Part shown: positions 1 to 12,432 of the stretch, piece by piece
How positions within the stretch are numbered: the stretch's first letter is position 1
How the letters are laid out: every line of letters starts with the position of its first letter
Virus record (IMG/VR): IMGVR_UViG_3300028833_005988
Location: 1-64,000 of that record
Direction: 5' to 3' (one strand)
DNA from: a virus
Lineage: Duplodnaviria; Caudoviricetes
DNA length: 64,000 nucleotides
Made by a program: the position numbers and the translations under genes
The notes under the pieces: model-generated
The model's input: the letters and a program-made list of their open reading frames with translations, nothing else
Told to the model about the DNA's origin: nothing
The model's database searches: none

Positions 1-492
1 CTAAAGATCTTCAAACAGGTCATCCTTAAACTCTGATACTTCACCCGTAATAAACGAAATGATCCGGCTTGACTTTTGATTAATCGTCTTCAGAAACTGA
101 CGATCTTCCCTTGATGCCGTGACAATTCCATAATCAGGGTGCGAATGGATGATAAGCCGAAACTTCTTTGTTTTCAGCAAATCAATCAGTGCATCGTCAA
201 AAATACAGCGATAAGGTTCACCATGCAAGAGGATATCTTTTTCTCTTCCTCTTAACAGTGCAAACTCATGACACACCGCAGCAGAAACATAAGCAACGTC
301 ATGATCAGAAACGCTTTCCAACGGCAAAGCAACCCAATCTCCAATTTGCGGGACGCGTGAAAGCAGATTCCTTCGATGCTGGTTTAACCCTGCCTCACCG
401 TTACGAATCATTTCCAGTGAAATGGCCATGGAATTAGTCGAAGCCAATTCCAATGTTTTTACTTCCATCAACGTCAACACCAATACGAACAA
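1..492 (-). CDS. JAB/MPN-domain metalloprotease-like protein (AT-rich moron)
   Basis: Motif HSHPDYGIVTASRED fits JAMM H-x-H...S-x-x-D. Start uncertain (internal ATGs); TAG at 1-3 sits on the window edge. Confidence 0.65.
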   Translation of the reverse strand: MFVLVLTLMEVKTLELASTNSMAISLEMIRNGEAGLNQHRRNLLSRVPQIGDWVALPLESVSDHDVAYVSAAVCHEFALLRGREKDILLHGEPYRCIFDDALIDLLKTKKFRLIIHSHPDYGIVTASREDRQFLKTINQKSSRIISFITGEVSEFKDDLFEDL

Positions 493-848
493 ATCAGTGG
501 AATAGTCTGCCCACTATTCCACTTATATTTTACGCAATAATGGCAGGCTTGTCAATGGAAATTTCAAGAAGAAAATGCACCCACAATTTCAGAGAAATCG
601 AGCTATTCTTATACGGAGGTAGATCGCGCTTATATTGGGAAGTACTCGCATACAATCGCCCTCTGTGAAACACATCGCAAAAAGAACAACCACCACTCTG
701 CCAAGTGACGGCCGCCTTTGTGATCGCGAGATCACAATGTAAAGTTGTCGATTGACGAGCAACCGCGTGCGTGGTTCACTCTTTGTATATTATTATACCT
801 TTTTTCTGTTTTGGCAACATTGCGATGCTTCCGTTTATAAAAAGCACA

Positions 849-1415
849 TTACGCTTCCTTTTTTGCAAATTGTAAGGGACCAACTGGAACGGGGCTTTTT
901 TGCACCGCTCCCAGCAGATCGATCAGTTTGGCGTTGAGTCCCTCTGCCTTGGCAATCGTAGCAGCGATATCCTCTGTGCCGAGCAGGGACTGGAAGGTCT
1001 TCAGGGTTTGGTATTCCAGGGAGTGTTCCCGTTCAAAGCCATGCCGGGCGGATGTGGATAGCTGCATGCTGATCATGTCCACCAGGGTCATATCATCCCG
1101 AACGATTTGCAGGATGTCTTGCCACAGCTCGTGGGTAGCTATGACATCATACAGTGTGTAATGGCCTTCGGGCGTATCGTATTCCGCTGTGTTCAGATCG
1201 GTATAGTGAACCAGGATCAGGAAAGCGCGGATGAGGTCGGCGTTGTAGCCTGTGTAGGCGATCCCTCTTTTCTCGTCGAACACCGTGGATGCGCTGACGA
1301 AATCCTATGCCATCTTTTCCTTCTCCGTGTAGGGGATCATGGAACGGACGTGGAATTCCTCGCCGTCCAGACTGAAAACATGGTTATATTCATATTTCGT
1401 GATATCCGCTGTCAT
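849..1415 (-). CDS. Phage hypothetical protein (1 in-frame TAG at 1305-1307)
   Basis: ATG at 1415 overlaps the upstream TGA (ATGA). Frame is open to TAA at 849 except for one TAG (EKMA*DFVS). Confidence 0.65.
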
Positions 1416-1738
1416 TTCGTTTTCCCTCCCAGTATTTTGATTGTGCTCCGGCCGAAGAAACCGGCTAGGTTATTCATGGCTTGGGAACCGCAGTGTTCCC
1501 GCATGTTGAAGGGATTGCTCTTTTCGATCATATCCCATGATTTTTCACAGAAGCTGTTTCCGGCGTAATGGCTGACGGCTTCAAAATTTAACTTGTAGCC
1601 CAGTTCCCGCAGCACGTCGTCGAAGAAAACGGCGCTCATATCGTTGATTCGCTCTTCGTCGATGACGCCCAGGTGGGCGGCGATCATGGCGACGGCACGC
1701 TCCAGCGTTATGCCTTGCGTGCCGTCTGCAGGTTTTTT
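1412..1738 (-). CDS. Tail assembly chaperone C-terminal extension (G-T type, reached by -1 frameshift)
   Basis: The -1 frame is open from the slippery site (KKPADGTQGITLERAVAMIAAHLG...) to TGA at 1412. Confidence 0.6.
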   Translation of the reverse strand, partial: KKPADGTQGITLERAVAMIAAHLGVIDEERINDMSAVFFDDVLRELGYKLNFEAVSHYAGNSFCEKSWDMIEKSNPFNMREHCGSQAMNNLAGFFGRSTIKILGGKTK

Positions 1739-2121
1739 TGTTTCTGCTCCTTTTCGTCAATGCGGTTGACCCGGCGGAAAATTTCAAGCAGTTGTTCAAT
1801 CAAGCCGGTATCCATGCTGTCGTAATTATCCAGGATCAGCTGTTCATCGTCCGTTACGGCGATCAGCCAGTCCATGACCGCCTTGTCTCCGTCACGGTTA
1901 TCGCCGAAGGAGCCAGCTTCCATGGCCAGAATATCCGCCAAAGGATAGATTTCCAGCATCCGATAAAATGCCGCTGTTCGGTTCCGTTGATAGCGCAGCT
2001 TGGTGGGCTTGATTTCAATGAGCTTCCCGCCGATGATCACGGAGTTTTCAGGGGTTCCTACCTGGGGAAGTTCCCGGCTGCTTTGTTCCGCATTCGGCTA
2101 TTCCTTATTCTGTTTGGCCAT
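1708..2121 (-). CDS. Tail assembly chaperone (1 in-frame TAG at 2098-2100)
   Basis: Follows the major tail gene; RBS plus ATG at 2121; MAKQNKE*PNAEQSSRELPQ; ends TAA. Confidence 0.7.
1732..1738 (-). other. -1 ribosomal frameshift slippery heptamer A AAA AAC
   Basis: Minus strand CAA AAA AAC near the chaperone 3' end matches X XXY YYZ; the -1 frame is open downstream. Confidence 0.65.
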
Positions 2122-2181
2122 CCGTATCCTCCTAAAGTTTTGCGGGAGGGAGCGTGGTTAATCACGCCCCCCTCCGAGCAC

Positions 2182-3018
2182 TTAGTTCCAGTTCACGTCA
2201 CCTGTGGTCGTGGTGACGATGTCCCCGTTGGCATCCAACGGTTCATAGGTCAGGTCGTACATTTTTTGGTCAGCGCGCTTGGGGTCAATGGCACTGAAGG
2301 TAACTGCATTGGTCGAGGCGTTCTTATAGCTGTTATCGAACCCCGGCAGGGCGGTCACGCGCACCCGGGGAATGAACAGGTGCAGATACCCCTTGACGGC
2401 GGACTCGGTGCAGTCCGTGCCGCTGGAGTATACGGGCCAATGGGCAAAGAGCGCACCCTTGGCGGTGGTGGAATTGGTTTTCACTGTCGCCACGGAAGCG
2501 CCGTTCACACGGCGGCGGTAGGCCACGCGCAAGGTATCGCCTACATTCACGTCACCTTCCGCAAAGGTGATCTCCGTCTTGGGCGCGCCTTCTCCGGAAG
2601 CGGTGATGGTTACGCTGAATTTCCCGACAGCTGCCTCTGTAGCTTCGGTAAAGCCGTTGATCTTGACAGATCCGGCCTTGACTTCATAAGGCAGGGTGAT
2701 CTTTCGCCCAGTTTCCACGTCGTATAGCTTGCTTTCCAGGGTGGATACGTCGCCCTGCTTCATTTTTACCGCGTTGGCCATGGCGAACATGTCCAGAGTA
2801 AACTGGGAGGAAGCGAAGGTAAATTCCTATCCCTTGTCCGTTTCAATGAAAGCCAAGGGATAATTGCCCTGGCCGCCGGTTACGGACTATGTGTTGTTGG
2901 TGGCGTTCATGTTGGCGGTGTTCACTTCATAGTAGGAGAACACCTGCCCGTCACAGCGCTCGAAATCCAGGTTCGGGTTATCGGCGATATATCCGCCGAT
3001 CTGATCAATGTATTGCAT
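2182..3018 (-). CDS. Major tail protein (in-frame TAG at 2827-2829 and 2887-2889)
   Basis: GGAGGG RBS and ATG at 3018; 279 codons; NNT*SVTGGQG and DKG*EFTF; position before the chaperones; ends TAA. Confidence 0.75.
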
Positions 3019-3046
3019 GGTTGAGCATCCCTCCGTTTCAGTTGGT

Positions 3047-3520
3047 TTACCAGGTGGTCACATAGGAAAGAACGAGATGGTATCGCCGGTAGCCAATAGT
3101 CTTGGCTCCCAAATGATATTCATCCTCGTAAAAAAAGCGCAGCCCGCAGACATGCTCCTTCCACAGCAGCTATTCCTTCAGCCGCTGGGCGATCAGCTTG
3201 TCCCGCCGTTTCAGGCGATCCGCGTCCGCGTTATACAGTACGTCGCTTTTCACATAAACGTCAAAGGCAAGATACTTCTTGGTCACATGGGGCGAACCGA
3301 GCTTTGTGCCTTCCGTTTCATAGTAGATCACACGCACTTCTTCATCTACCACCGGTTCGTCTGGCATGGCATCCTCAATGAAGTACCGATCCAAAAAGTC
3401 CCGGATGCTGCCTCGGTGGCATTCCGGGATACACATCAGGTCTTTCTATTCCACGTCAGTGAACAGTACGTCCCGAAGCACATTGTTCCAATTGTCCTGC
3501 CAGGTCTTTGTTTTCTTCAT
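3047..3520 (-). CDS. Putative tail completion/terminator protein (TAG at 3170-3172 and 3446-3448)
   Basis: ATGA overlap with the upstream gene; TDVE*KDLM and RLKE*LLWK; ends TAA. Function inferred from position. Confidence 0.6.
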
Positions 3521-4074
3521 CGTTTGCTCACCGTCACGTTTCCATAATAGGCGCTGTCCGGCACCGTGGAGAATACCAGCTCCGTGATCTCTCCATATTC
3601 CGTTTCCATCTCCCGCATCGCGTTCTCAATAAACTGATTTCCCTTTTGATTGAAAGCGCCGGGCAGATCATATTCGCTTTTTGCTTGAGAAGGATGTCTG
3701 CCGGAAAGTGCATCATCCCATACCTGCCTGCCCGGAGGGCCCGCGTGAATAGGCGCGCCGCCAACAGCGCTGCCGGAGCCTTCCTCCACGATCATGGCGT
3801 GCACCGTATCGGGCAGATCATCGGGAGAATAGCCAAAATCCATGGACACGCCGCCATCCGTGATAGAGGTGGAGATGTGTTCCAGGTTATCGCTGATAGC
3901 TCTTCGCCATCCAGGTTTGCCTGGTGCGCCGCCATGGGTAGTATGCTGGATTTCCCGCCGCATGTGCGTGACCTACCGCCTGCCCTCTAATTCTACGGCA
4001 TTGACAGATTCCCGCTGCAGGATGGCTATTAAGGCCGCTTCATTCAGTGATAGTTGGTTACAGGGATTCTTCAC
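3517..4074 (-). CDS. Putative neck/tail completion protein (TAG at 3973-3975)
   Basis: GTG start in a GTGA overlap with the upstream stop; one TAG; ends TGA. Confidence 0.55.
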
Positions 4075-4763
4075 GGTTCATCCTCCCCGGCGATCTTCCG
4101 CGCCATCAGGTTCAGTATGCCGTGTTCTTGGGATACGTCCTATTCTGTGCCCACAATGTCCACGATCCTGTACCGGGAATGGAGCAGCCGGAACTCGTCG
4201 CTGACGCGGAGCCGCTTTGTTCTATCGTTCCACTGTACCTGCACCGTCAGCAGATGATCCGCGCTGATGCCGGGGATGTTATAGCCCGCTGCGTAATCCG
4301 GCCTGCCCGCGTACTCCGAAAAGACACAGGGGATGGATGGCGCGATCTCATCGTCATAGGCTTCCCGAAGCAGCATCCCTCTGTTGTCCAATTCTTCGCT
4401 GACGTGGCGGGTAAAGGTGATCATGGCGTTGCACACGATGGCTTGGGTGGTCTGGTTGTTAGGCATATCCTGTACCTGCCAGTTCAGCATAAAAATTCGG
4501 CCATCCTCCCGGATCACGATGTCGCCTTTCTGGATGCGCACGTCATAACTGGTCTTAAAATTGGAATTGGCGTCCGAATTGCCGATCTTGGACTTCCAGT
4601 TGATGGAGAAGTATAGAGCACGCAGATAGATGGACTCATAGCCTTCCGCATCCTTGGCGTACCAATCCCGGATCAGTTCAAAGGTGTAGTTTGCATGAGC
4701 CACATCGGTATTCAGCCAATCCTTAAAGTCTTGTTCCTATGTGGGCGGTATATAGAACTTCAT
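4071..4763 (-). CDS. Putative head-closure/adaptor protein (TAG at 4140-4142 and 4737-4739)
   Basis: ATG at 4763; IPPT*EQDF and VGTE*DVSQ; ends TGA at 4071. Confidence 0.6.
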
Positions 4764-4773
4764 CCTGAAATCC

Positions 4774-5163
4774 TCACAGCAGGGTGAAGCGCACCATTTT
4801 GTAGTACAGGATGCGCTGCCGGTTTAGCAGTTCCGCGATGGTCTGGCTCAGGTTAGCATAGGGCTTATCCGCATTGGTAATGGTCATGGCGTCGGTGGAG
4901 TAGCCCACAATGCGGTTCACATCGCTCTGCACCTGCCGGTAGAAACCGATCTCCGCCGTGGTCAGCACATATTCGTACTCATCTGCGTTCAGGCCGATTT
5001 CTTCTGTCAGACTGTACTGGAAAGCACGGCCAGTCATGACGTAGAGATGCCTGACCGCCTGGCGGACAATCTCCTGATAGTCCTCGTCCGCCATTTCCAA
5101 AGGCGTCTGCTGCCATTCGGTGCGCTGCTTCTATTCGGCGGCCAATTGCTCAATCTCTGTCAT
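4774..5163 (-). CDS. Putative head-tail connector (TAG at 5131-5133)
   Basis: RBS plus ATG at 5163; LAAE*KQRT; ends TGA. Confidence 0.6.
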
Positions 5164-5174
5164 GACCTCTCACC

Positions 5175-5597
5175 TCACTCCGCTTTCAGGAATTCACGCT
5201 CCGGAAGCCGCTCCTGCAAAAGCTGCAGCTTGCTTGCGGGCAAGTCCATTTCAGCGGCTACGTCACAGATGGAATCCAACAGATAGCCTTCCTGGATCCC
5301 ATCCAGCCAGGCTTTCAGCTGCGCCGGACGCTGATTTAGTTTCTTTTGGATTTCTTCTTTGTTCAGTACCGGTTCATCGATGCTTTCAATGAAGCCCTAT
5401 TGAACCGCCAGATCTCGGTTTTCCAGGCGCAGCTGCTTTTCTCCTGCAAACAAGGCCGGGGCCAAGCTGGCGCAATATTCGATTTCATCCTGCGTCATGG
5501 GGGTAAAGGTGCCAGGATGGATCACCCGCTCCATGCCGCTTTGCAGGATAAGGCCGATGTCATATTTGCGGTCATTGTATACTCTGATTTTATCCAT
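5175..5597 (-). CDS. Phage head-associated hypothetical protein (TAG at 5397-5399)
   Basis: MDKIRVYN...LAVQ*GFIES; frame read through by eye to TGA at 5175. Confidence 0.65.
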
Positions 5598-5644
5598 GTA
5601 ACATCCTTTCCGGGGGACGGCGCGGGGCCGCCCCCCCTGCTTCA

Positions 5645-6646
5645 TCAGGTGGTACTGTCCTTGTACACGCTCATGGTGGGCGTCTTGCCGATCACGATGC
5701 CGGCGCCGAACCACTGGTCCAAACGCACTTCATAGGCTAGGTCGTCGATGTTGGTGGATTCGGTGGACTGCACATCGCCCTCGAACAGCACCTTCAGGGG
5801 GCGCATATCCGCGGAAGCAGCAGCGGGCAGGATATACAGTCGCTTTTCATCGATCACAGGGGTCACATTGTCCGCTTGGTAGGGGTTCACCAGGTTGATG
5901 ACCTTGGCACCATAGTAGGTGCCGATGAGCCCGGTGCGGTTGACCTCCTCAATAATGGAAGGCGCGAACTGCTGGGTGGCTGTAGCGGCGGTGAATCCGG
6001 TCTGCTCAGCCAGCTTACTGACGATATAAATATCACCCAGCAGAGCAACAGCGCCGGTGCGCATCCAATGCTGGATCATGGGATTCAGCACGGTCTTCAC
6101 AATACCCGCGCCGGTGCCATAGAAAGGCGTAGACCAGTTGTCCGCTGCGCCGTGCAGCACACTCTGGATGTACTCGATTTCCTTATCGGACATTTCATAG
6201 GCGGCGTCCCGGATCAGGTCGGCCATCTGTACCCTGCCGGTGCGCAATTCATACAGGTTGATCACAGGCCGGGCGGATACCGCGATGGTATCCAAGGTGA
6301 CCTGCTTGTGGGTGATCTTGCTGCGGGCGGGCGTGGCGGCCTTGGCCTGCAGGAACGCCTTGATGCCGTCGATCTTCACCCGGAAAGCGGCTTTTTCCCC
6401 GTAGTTCACGCGCTTGGTGTCCGCCACATGGTTCAGCCAATCGGTGGTGGGCTTCACCATTTCATTGACCGTAAAGCCCACCAGCTGGCCAATCAGATAC
6501 TTATTATGGGGCGTCGGATCAGAAGCCTATTCCGCGATCAGCTTCCCTGCTTTTTCCGCCTGGTCGCTGTCCACGCGCTCACCGTGGGCCTGGGCCACAA
6601 TCAGCTTGACCAGCTTGGAATCATTTCGGATTTCAATGGGAATCAT
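5645..6646 (-). CDS. Major capsid protein (TAG at 6527-6529)
   Basis: 334 codons after the scaffold and decoration genes; LIAE*ASDP; followed by a GC-rich hairpin; ends TGA. Confidence 0.75.
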
Positions 6647-6657
6647 ACTGTATCACC

Positions 6658-7089
6658 TCAGTTCGTTTTCTTGGCGACAGTACCGCCGGAAGCAGGCTGC
6701 ACAGTATCGCCTTCAGCCAAAGTGGAAAACAGAGTGTTCTCAACGGTCATGATGACCTGCTCGCCGGGAACCAGCCGTTTCATACGCACATACTTGCCTG
6801 TGGGCAGGGTGTAATCCGCTTCGTTCCACTCGGCGTTCTCGTCCACTTCCCATTCGTTTTCCACGAAGTACACTTCATCTGTGCCCACGCCCGTCACGTT
6901 CTACCGCAAAGCAGGATTGCCCCACAGCTCGGTCTTTTCCTCCACCCGCATCAAGGTATCCTTGGCGGCGGTGATTTTCTTGACGCCGTTTGCCGTGATC
7001 TCCGCAAACACGCCGTTGGGCAGCGTTTCGCCGGAAAGATTGGCGCCATCGTATACGTGGCCTACCAGTTTGGTTACATATCCAGCCAT
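6658..7089 (-). CDS. Putative capsid decoration protein (TAG at 6901-6903)
   Basis: Two track fragments join in frame across PALR*NVTG; lies between scaffold and capsid genes. Confidence 0.6.
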
Positions 7090-7112
7090 TTCACATTCCT
7101 CCTTTGAGACGA

Positions 7113-8261
7113 TCAAGCCTTGCCCAGCAGATCGTCATATTCGCCCTTGGCGCTGATACCGCCCAGGACATAGTTCGCAACAACAGCCTTAGGCGCACCG
7201 GGCTGCTTTTTATTTGCTTCCGTGATCAGGGCGGCATAGTCCACCTGGGCGATGGCGTTTTTTACCACCTCCGTTTCGGTATCCAAGCCCTGAACCTCTG
7301 CAAAGTGCTGAAGCTCCTGCCGCTTGGCGGCGAGTACAGCGGCTTCCTTTTCCTGCTGCAGCGTTTCCGCCTGCGTCTTATAGGGCGTCAGTTCAGCCAC
7401 TTGAGCTTCCAGTTCTGCAATGCGGGCATCCTTGACCACAAGGGCGGCGTCACGTTCAGCGATTACGGCGTCCTTTTCGGAAAGCTGGGCTTGGACAGCC
7501 GTCAGATCGGCTTCTGCCTGCTGGCATTTTGCCTGGGCCTGCTCCAACTCCTGATTCTTGCCGCGCAGTTCTTCATCCTTCTTGCGCAATTCTTCATCGT
7601 TTTCACTCTTCTGCTCTGCCAGCATCAGCTTGGCCTCCAGTTCAGCGACCTTTTTCTGGTTTTCATCCATCGCTTCATCATCCTCTCTTTTCTGTTGTTC
7701 AGCGACCAGCCGCAGGGCCGTCGCTTCCGGATACGCCGGCACAGAGACCATGGCCATGCCGATCAACTCGTTTCCGTCCTCCGCGTCGATCAGGCAAACG
7801 CCGTTCATCTCTTTGAGACGGCTTACCAAAATCTCAAAAGAAAAATTCAGGCAGCCCTTCTGGTACAAGGTCTGGATCGTTTCGCACAGAACTGGATTCC
7901 GCTTGGGGATCCGTGCCTCGCCGATCAGGCTGACGCCAAACTCATCCTGCGCTTTGGCAAAAGAAAAGAACGAGCCGATCTGCTCGCTCTCAAATAAGCC
8001 TGTTTCCAGATCCTGCATGTGAGTCTATCCCTGCTCCACGCCCAAACGCAGACGGTTTGCGTCCGCGCACTATGGCAGGCAGGTGTATTTGGGGGCATTG
8101 ACAATGATTCTGTCAATAAAAGCCTCCGTGACCGCAAAGCCGTTACGGTTGACGCGGGTGGAAAACATCCGAATGAGCACAGACATATAAATCTCATTGG
8201 ACTGCACTTCGCTCAATTCCACCTGCGACGCTTGGAATACGATTTTCTGGATGGGCATCAT
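7113..8261 (-). CDS. Prohead protease/scaffold protein with coiled-coil C-terminus (TAG at 8025-8027 and 8070-8072)
   Basis: Fragments join via TCLP*CADA and EQG*THM; E/K/A/Q-rich helical C-terminal half; ends TGA. Confidence 0.7.
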
Positions 8262-8287
8262 CTCCTTGCTTTTTTCACAGATCGTCG

Positions 8288-9832
8288 TTATAAGCTGCCT
8301 TCAGGATTTGAGGGCTTAGGCTGCTTCCCAGTTAAGCCCTTGGCAGGATCAGACTTTTTCTCGCTGTCGTCCAAAGCTGGGCGGCCAGTTTTCTTTTCTC
8401 CATCCGAAGGAGCGGTCTGCTCTTTGTTGGATGGGGTTTCCCTCTTGGGCTCGTTTTTCATCCGTTCCTGCTCCTGCTCCATATCGTACCCATGGTTTTG
8501 GAGCATGGTCTTGGTGGATACCACGCCTTTTTCCCATAGTCCGCGGCAGACTTCCTGGAATTTCTGACTCCCTGCCAGATCAACGGGCGGGAAGGTGAAC
8601 AGCGGCACGTTGTCCGGCCTGCTGTGGGTCACGCCTTTTCTGCCAGCTCCGTTGAGCCGGAGATTGATTCTGTTCATGAGCTCGCAGAAATTATCCCGCG
8701 CCTGCTTGATGCGGATGGCCGCGGTTTGCATCGAAACCTGTGCGGACGCGAAATTGCTTCCGTCTTCCGCGCGCCCGCTGACGATAATGCCGGAAATGCC
8801 ACCCGCCGAAAGGATCTCAGCGTTTACGTCTCGATACTTATCATCGTCGAACATTTCCTTGGTGTCCGGCTGGATCACGGTCGCTTTGCACAGATGATTG
8901 GTCGTAGCCAGCGCGGAGCCAGTCATCGCTCGCCGGAACAAAGCGTTTACCGCGTTCAGAGCGGTAATATCCGGCATAATATCCGATTTTGAATCGCCGT
9001 AGGTCACATGCACGAAGCTATGCGCCCCCAAATTCAGCAATGCGGATTCATACTGAGCAATCAGCGCCTTTCGCTTAAAAGCGGTCAGGCAGGTGGCCAC
9101 CATAGGCACTGCGTACCGCGCCCAATCCTCCTTCACATCCTGGAGCACGAAGGTGTTTTCCGGGTTCTATTGCACCCAGTCGTTTCCCTTTTTCAGCGCA
9201 TCCGCAACTTCAGGGGGAAAGCCTTCCAGACGGACTTGCAGATCTTCATCCTCTAAATAATCCTTCTGGGCTTTGGTGCTTTGCTGTTTCATGTCGTCCC
9301 GGACGCTTTTGCAGTTGAACTCCTACACCGGTTCTCCGCCGATCATGACATTGGCGATGCGAATCAGGTGAACGGGGAAGGTGATTAGACTGCCATCCTC
9401 CATAAGGTAAATATATACGTTGGCGTATTTGAAATACTGGAGAAAAATGCTCCGCATCCGATCCTTGAGGCCGATCCGGTTATAGTATTCCTCATACTTT
9501 TGCTTGGTCTGTTCATTGGCTCCGATCTACCGCCAGTCGTCCGCTAGGGCGAAAGGTGTATAAACGCCCTTTACGATCCCACGGAAAAGAGGGTCCTCGT
9601 CCACAAAATAATCGCTCTACTCGTATAGGCTGTTAATGTACCGCTGCTTGTCCCGCAGGATACTGTCGTAATCATAGCTGGCCAGATCGCCGGAAAAGGT
9701 AATGGATTTATCGTTATACGTCATCGTGGCGTGTCCATCGTCCTTCGCGCCTACCGCTATTTCCTTGGGCTGCTATGGCGCGGGTTCATCCCTGGGCTGC
9801 ACGACGCTCCGCTATCTTTGAAACCATCTCAT
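8288..9832 (-). CDS. Portal protein (6 in-frame TAG: 9167, 9323, 9527, 9617, 9773, 9812)
   Basis: 515 codons directly after the terminase; N-terminal half read codon by codon with no TAA/TGA; ends TAA. Confidence 0.8.
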
Positions 9833-9847
9833 GTGCTTTCCCTCCCG

Positions 9848-11506
9848 TTACAGAATGCTGACCACGCCGATGCAGACGTCCTTGGGCTGCATCAGGCGCC
9901 GTTTTCTTTGTTCTTCCATTTCGGCGATATACCGAACCGCCATGGCCTAAGCGGAGTAGCGGTCCTTATGCTGATTGGTTCTGGCAACGTCATATAAAAC
10001 CGTGCTGCCCGCGCTCTGCCGCATGACGATATTGCCCATCTCGATTTGTAATGCATCCGCCTCCAGGAAGATACTCTTTTCTTCCATGGTCAGCTTTTTT
10101 CGCTTGGACTGATCTTCCGAGCTTTCCTACTCTTCCTCTCCGTTTTGTTCCGCGTAGCGGGAATTGACAGGCAGTTCAATGGAGCGCTGCTCCAATGCCA
10201 CCCGCAGGCAGGAAACTAGCTGCTGGTTGATCTGCGCGCTGGCTTTCACGCTGCGCAAAATAGGCACCGCGTTATGGATAATGGTCCTTTCATCATCCAG
10301 CGTCCAGGGCGGGTATTCCTTGCCCGTGCCGGGGTGCGTCCAGGGCTGAGCCAGGAACTGCGGAAATGCGTCGCCCAAGCCCCGATGATCGAACACGATG
10401 CGGGTGATGTGAGGAAAGCGCGCATAGGTTTTTCGCACTTCTTCCGCCAGCGCATCCAGTCGTTTTCCGTGATAGGTGCGCATATACACCTATTTTTTCA
10501 GGAACAGGCTATTTTCCATTTCCACCAGCTTGATCACACAGATCACCGCGTTGTCCGCCTCCCGATCCGAGGATGTGGCTAAGTCCACGCCCATCACGTA
10601 ATCTGACGTGCTGCCGGTGGGCTGGGCGTATTCCACCTGGCGCAGGGTGCGGCATGTTTCCGTCAGGCTATAGGGGAAGGTGCTTCCCGCCTCCGCGCCG
10701 ACAAAAATGCTGCCGTATTCCATGGCAAACTTGGCTTCCGGCATTTTCTTCTGTTCCTTCAAAAAGAACTCCATATCCGTTATGCCCACCCTGGCCGCGC
10801 TGTGATAGTCCTAAGCGCAGGCAAAGGTGGTTGGATTGCCATGGGCAAAGTCCCGCAGCGCCTGCATGAACATGGCGTAATAGTAATTGCTTTTGAGGCA
10901 GGCAGACGTGATGGAAACGGTCTTGCTGGGATAATCCGTGATATTCCGCTGGTGGCAGATATCCCGTTTCGTATTCTTAACAGGCGCGATCACAGCATCC
11001 AGATCGTCCGCCTTGACCTCCGGACTTTCATCGATCACAACGATTTTCGCGCGGTTGCCGCGCATGGTGCCCACCGAAAAGCTTTCGATTTTGGAGCCGT
11101 TCTTCAAGGTGCATATGCCTTTATTCCGAGAAAGCTGCACCGCCCGGTGCCCGTCCGTCTGCACCTCCCGCATGATATCCGGGTTGCGGATGAAATAATC
11201 CTGAATCTTTTTGACGATCTATGTGGCCTGCTCCGCCGTGCCGGATACCACGGCGATCAGGCTGCCGGGATACTACACGCCGACAGCGATGCAGCATAAA
11301 GCCACCAGCCAGGTCTTTCCGTAACCGCGGGATTTGACAACCATCTATGTATCACAGCGTCCGAACTGCCGGGCGACCACCTTCTGCGTATCCTTCTACC
11401 GGATATTAAAGTACCGTTCGATGAAAATATCCAGGTGATCCCGCCAGAATAAGATTTGCTTGGCCCATAGCTTCAGGTTCTTTACATCCCGTACCTGAGT
11501 GATCAT
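9848..11506 (-). CDS. terL: Terminase large subunit (8 in-frame TAG: 9947, 10127, 10490, 10811, 11219, 11273, 11345, 11396)
   Basis: Walker A KSRGYGKTW, Walker B IVVIDE, nuclease GVDLA and HKDRYSA; 553 codons; ends TAA. Confidence 0.9.
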
Positions 11507-12432
11507 GCGTTCATCCCATCCTATCCGATGGCTGCCGTAATGTGGCGGAAATCGTCAATGATGCGGTCAATATGATCCTTGGGAAAGGTTACCTTGGGTG
11601 TATCCTATTCGCCGGACTGTTCAATCTTTGCCACAATAGCCCCAAGCGATCCCAACCCCGCCATATCGCCAGGTTTTCGTTTACAGGCGGCAAAGTTGGC
11701 GCTTTTGGAAAGGTTATCAAAGATGGCCTGCGCTTTTTCCCATTCAGCCACTCCCACTTGGCCCTGCCGCATGCGGTTGTATTTGATGTCCGCGTCCAGG
11801 GAAGCCTTGGCGGCTTTTCGAGCATAGTCCTCGATATTCTGATTGTCCAGCACGAAGCCCTCTTCCAGGCGGGCATAATAATCGTTCAGGTAATCCTATT
11901 CCCGCTGGGTATAATAACCGTTCCATTCCCGGGAGAAAACAAGCTCCTCCTGAGGCTCCTGGCTCTTTTCCGGTTCCTGCATCGCGCTGTCCGCAGCGGC
12001 AGGATCGAACACCTTCTGCGCACCGTCGTCGGTAATATTGGGTTCAAAGTAATACTTGTTAGAAAGATTCATGATACTGAAAAAGGAGCGGACGATGGCG
12101 CGGTTTTCTGCGGCCAGCCGCTTTTCCTCCGGCGCGTTCACATCCAGATAAATGGGATCATTGGCCAGCGTGTACCGCGCCTTCTTCGCGGCCTCCTCAT
12201 ACAGCTTTTCCGACCAGCGGCGGTTATTATAAAAGCAATAAGCCCGCAGGGTATCGTGATCCACGCAGCTTTTCATAGCACAATCCCGGCACCAAGCGTC
12301 ATGAAAGGATTGGCTGGCCCACTCCTTGTTGGTATAGAAGGCGTTCAGCGGCTTGATTTTATTGCAGTATACGCACAGCTTGGAGGTGATCAGCTTTTCC
12401 TTCCGCCTGGAGCGGGCGCTAAATTCAGCCAT
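11503..12432 (-). CDS. Zn-finger protein upstream of terL, possible small terminase (TAG at 11521, 11605, 11896)
   Basis: CVYC...CRDC motif; read-through ends at a TGA overlapping the terL ATG (ATGA). Confidence 0.6.

Noticed and set aside
660-830. Possible small RNA or type I toxin locus between the JAB gene and the tail module
   Set aside because: A TATAAT-like box and short stems are present, but there is no convincing ORF or family signature.
1738-8567. Long plus-strand ORFs antisense to the structural genes (and similar antisense ORFs at 39187-40254, 43303-44400, 57572-58603)
   Set aside because: Shadow frames of GC-rich coding genes, with no RBS or recognisable motifs.
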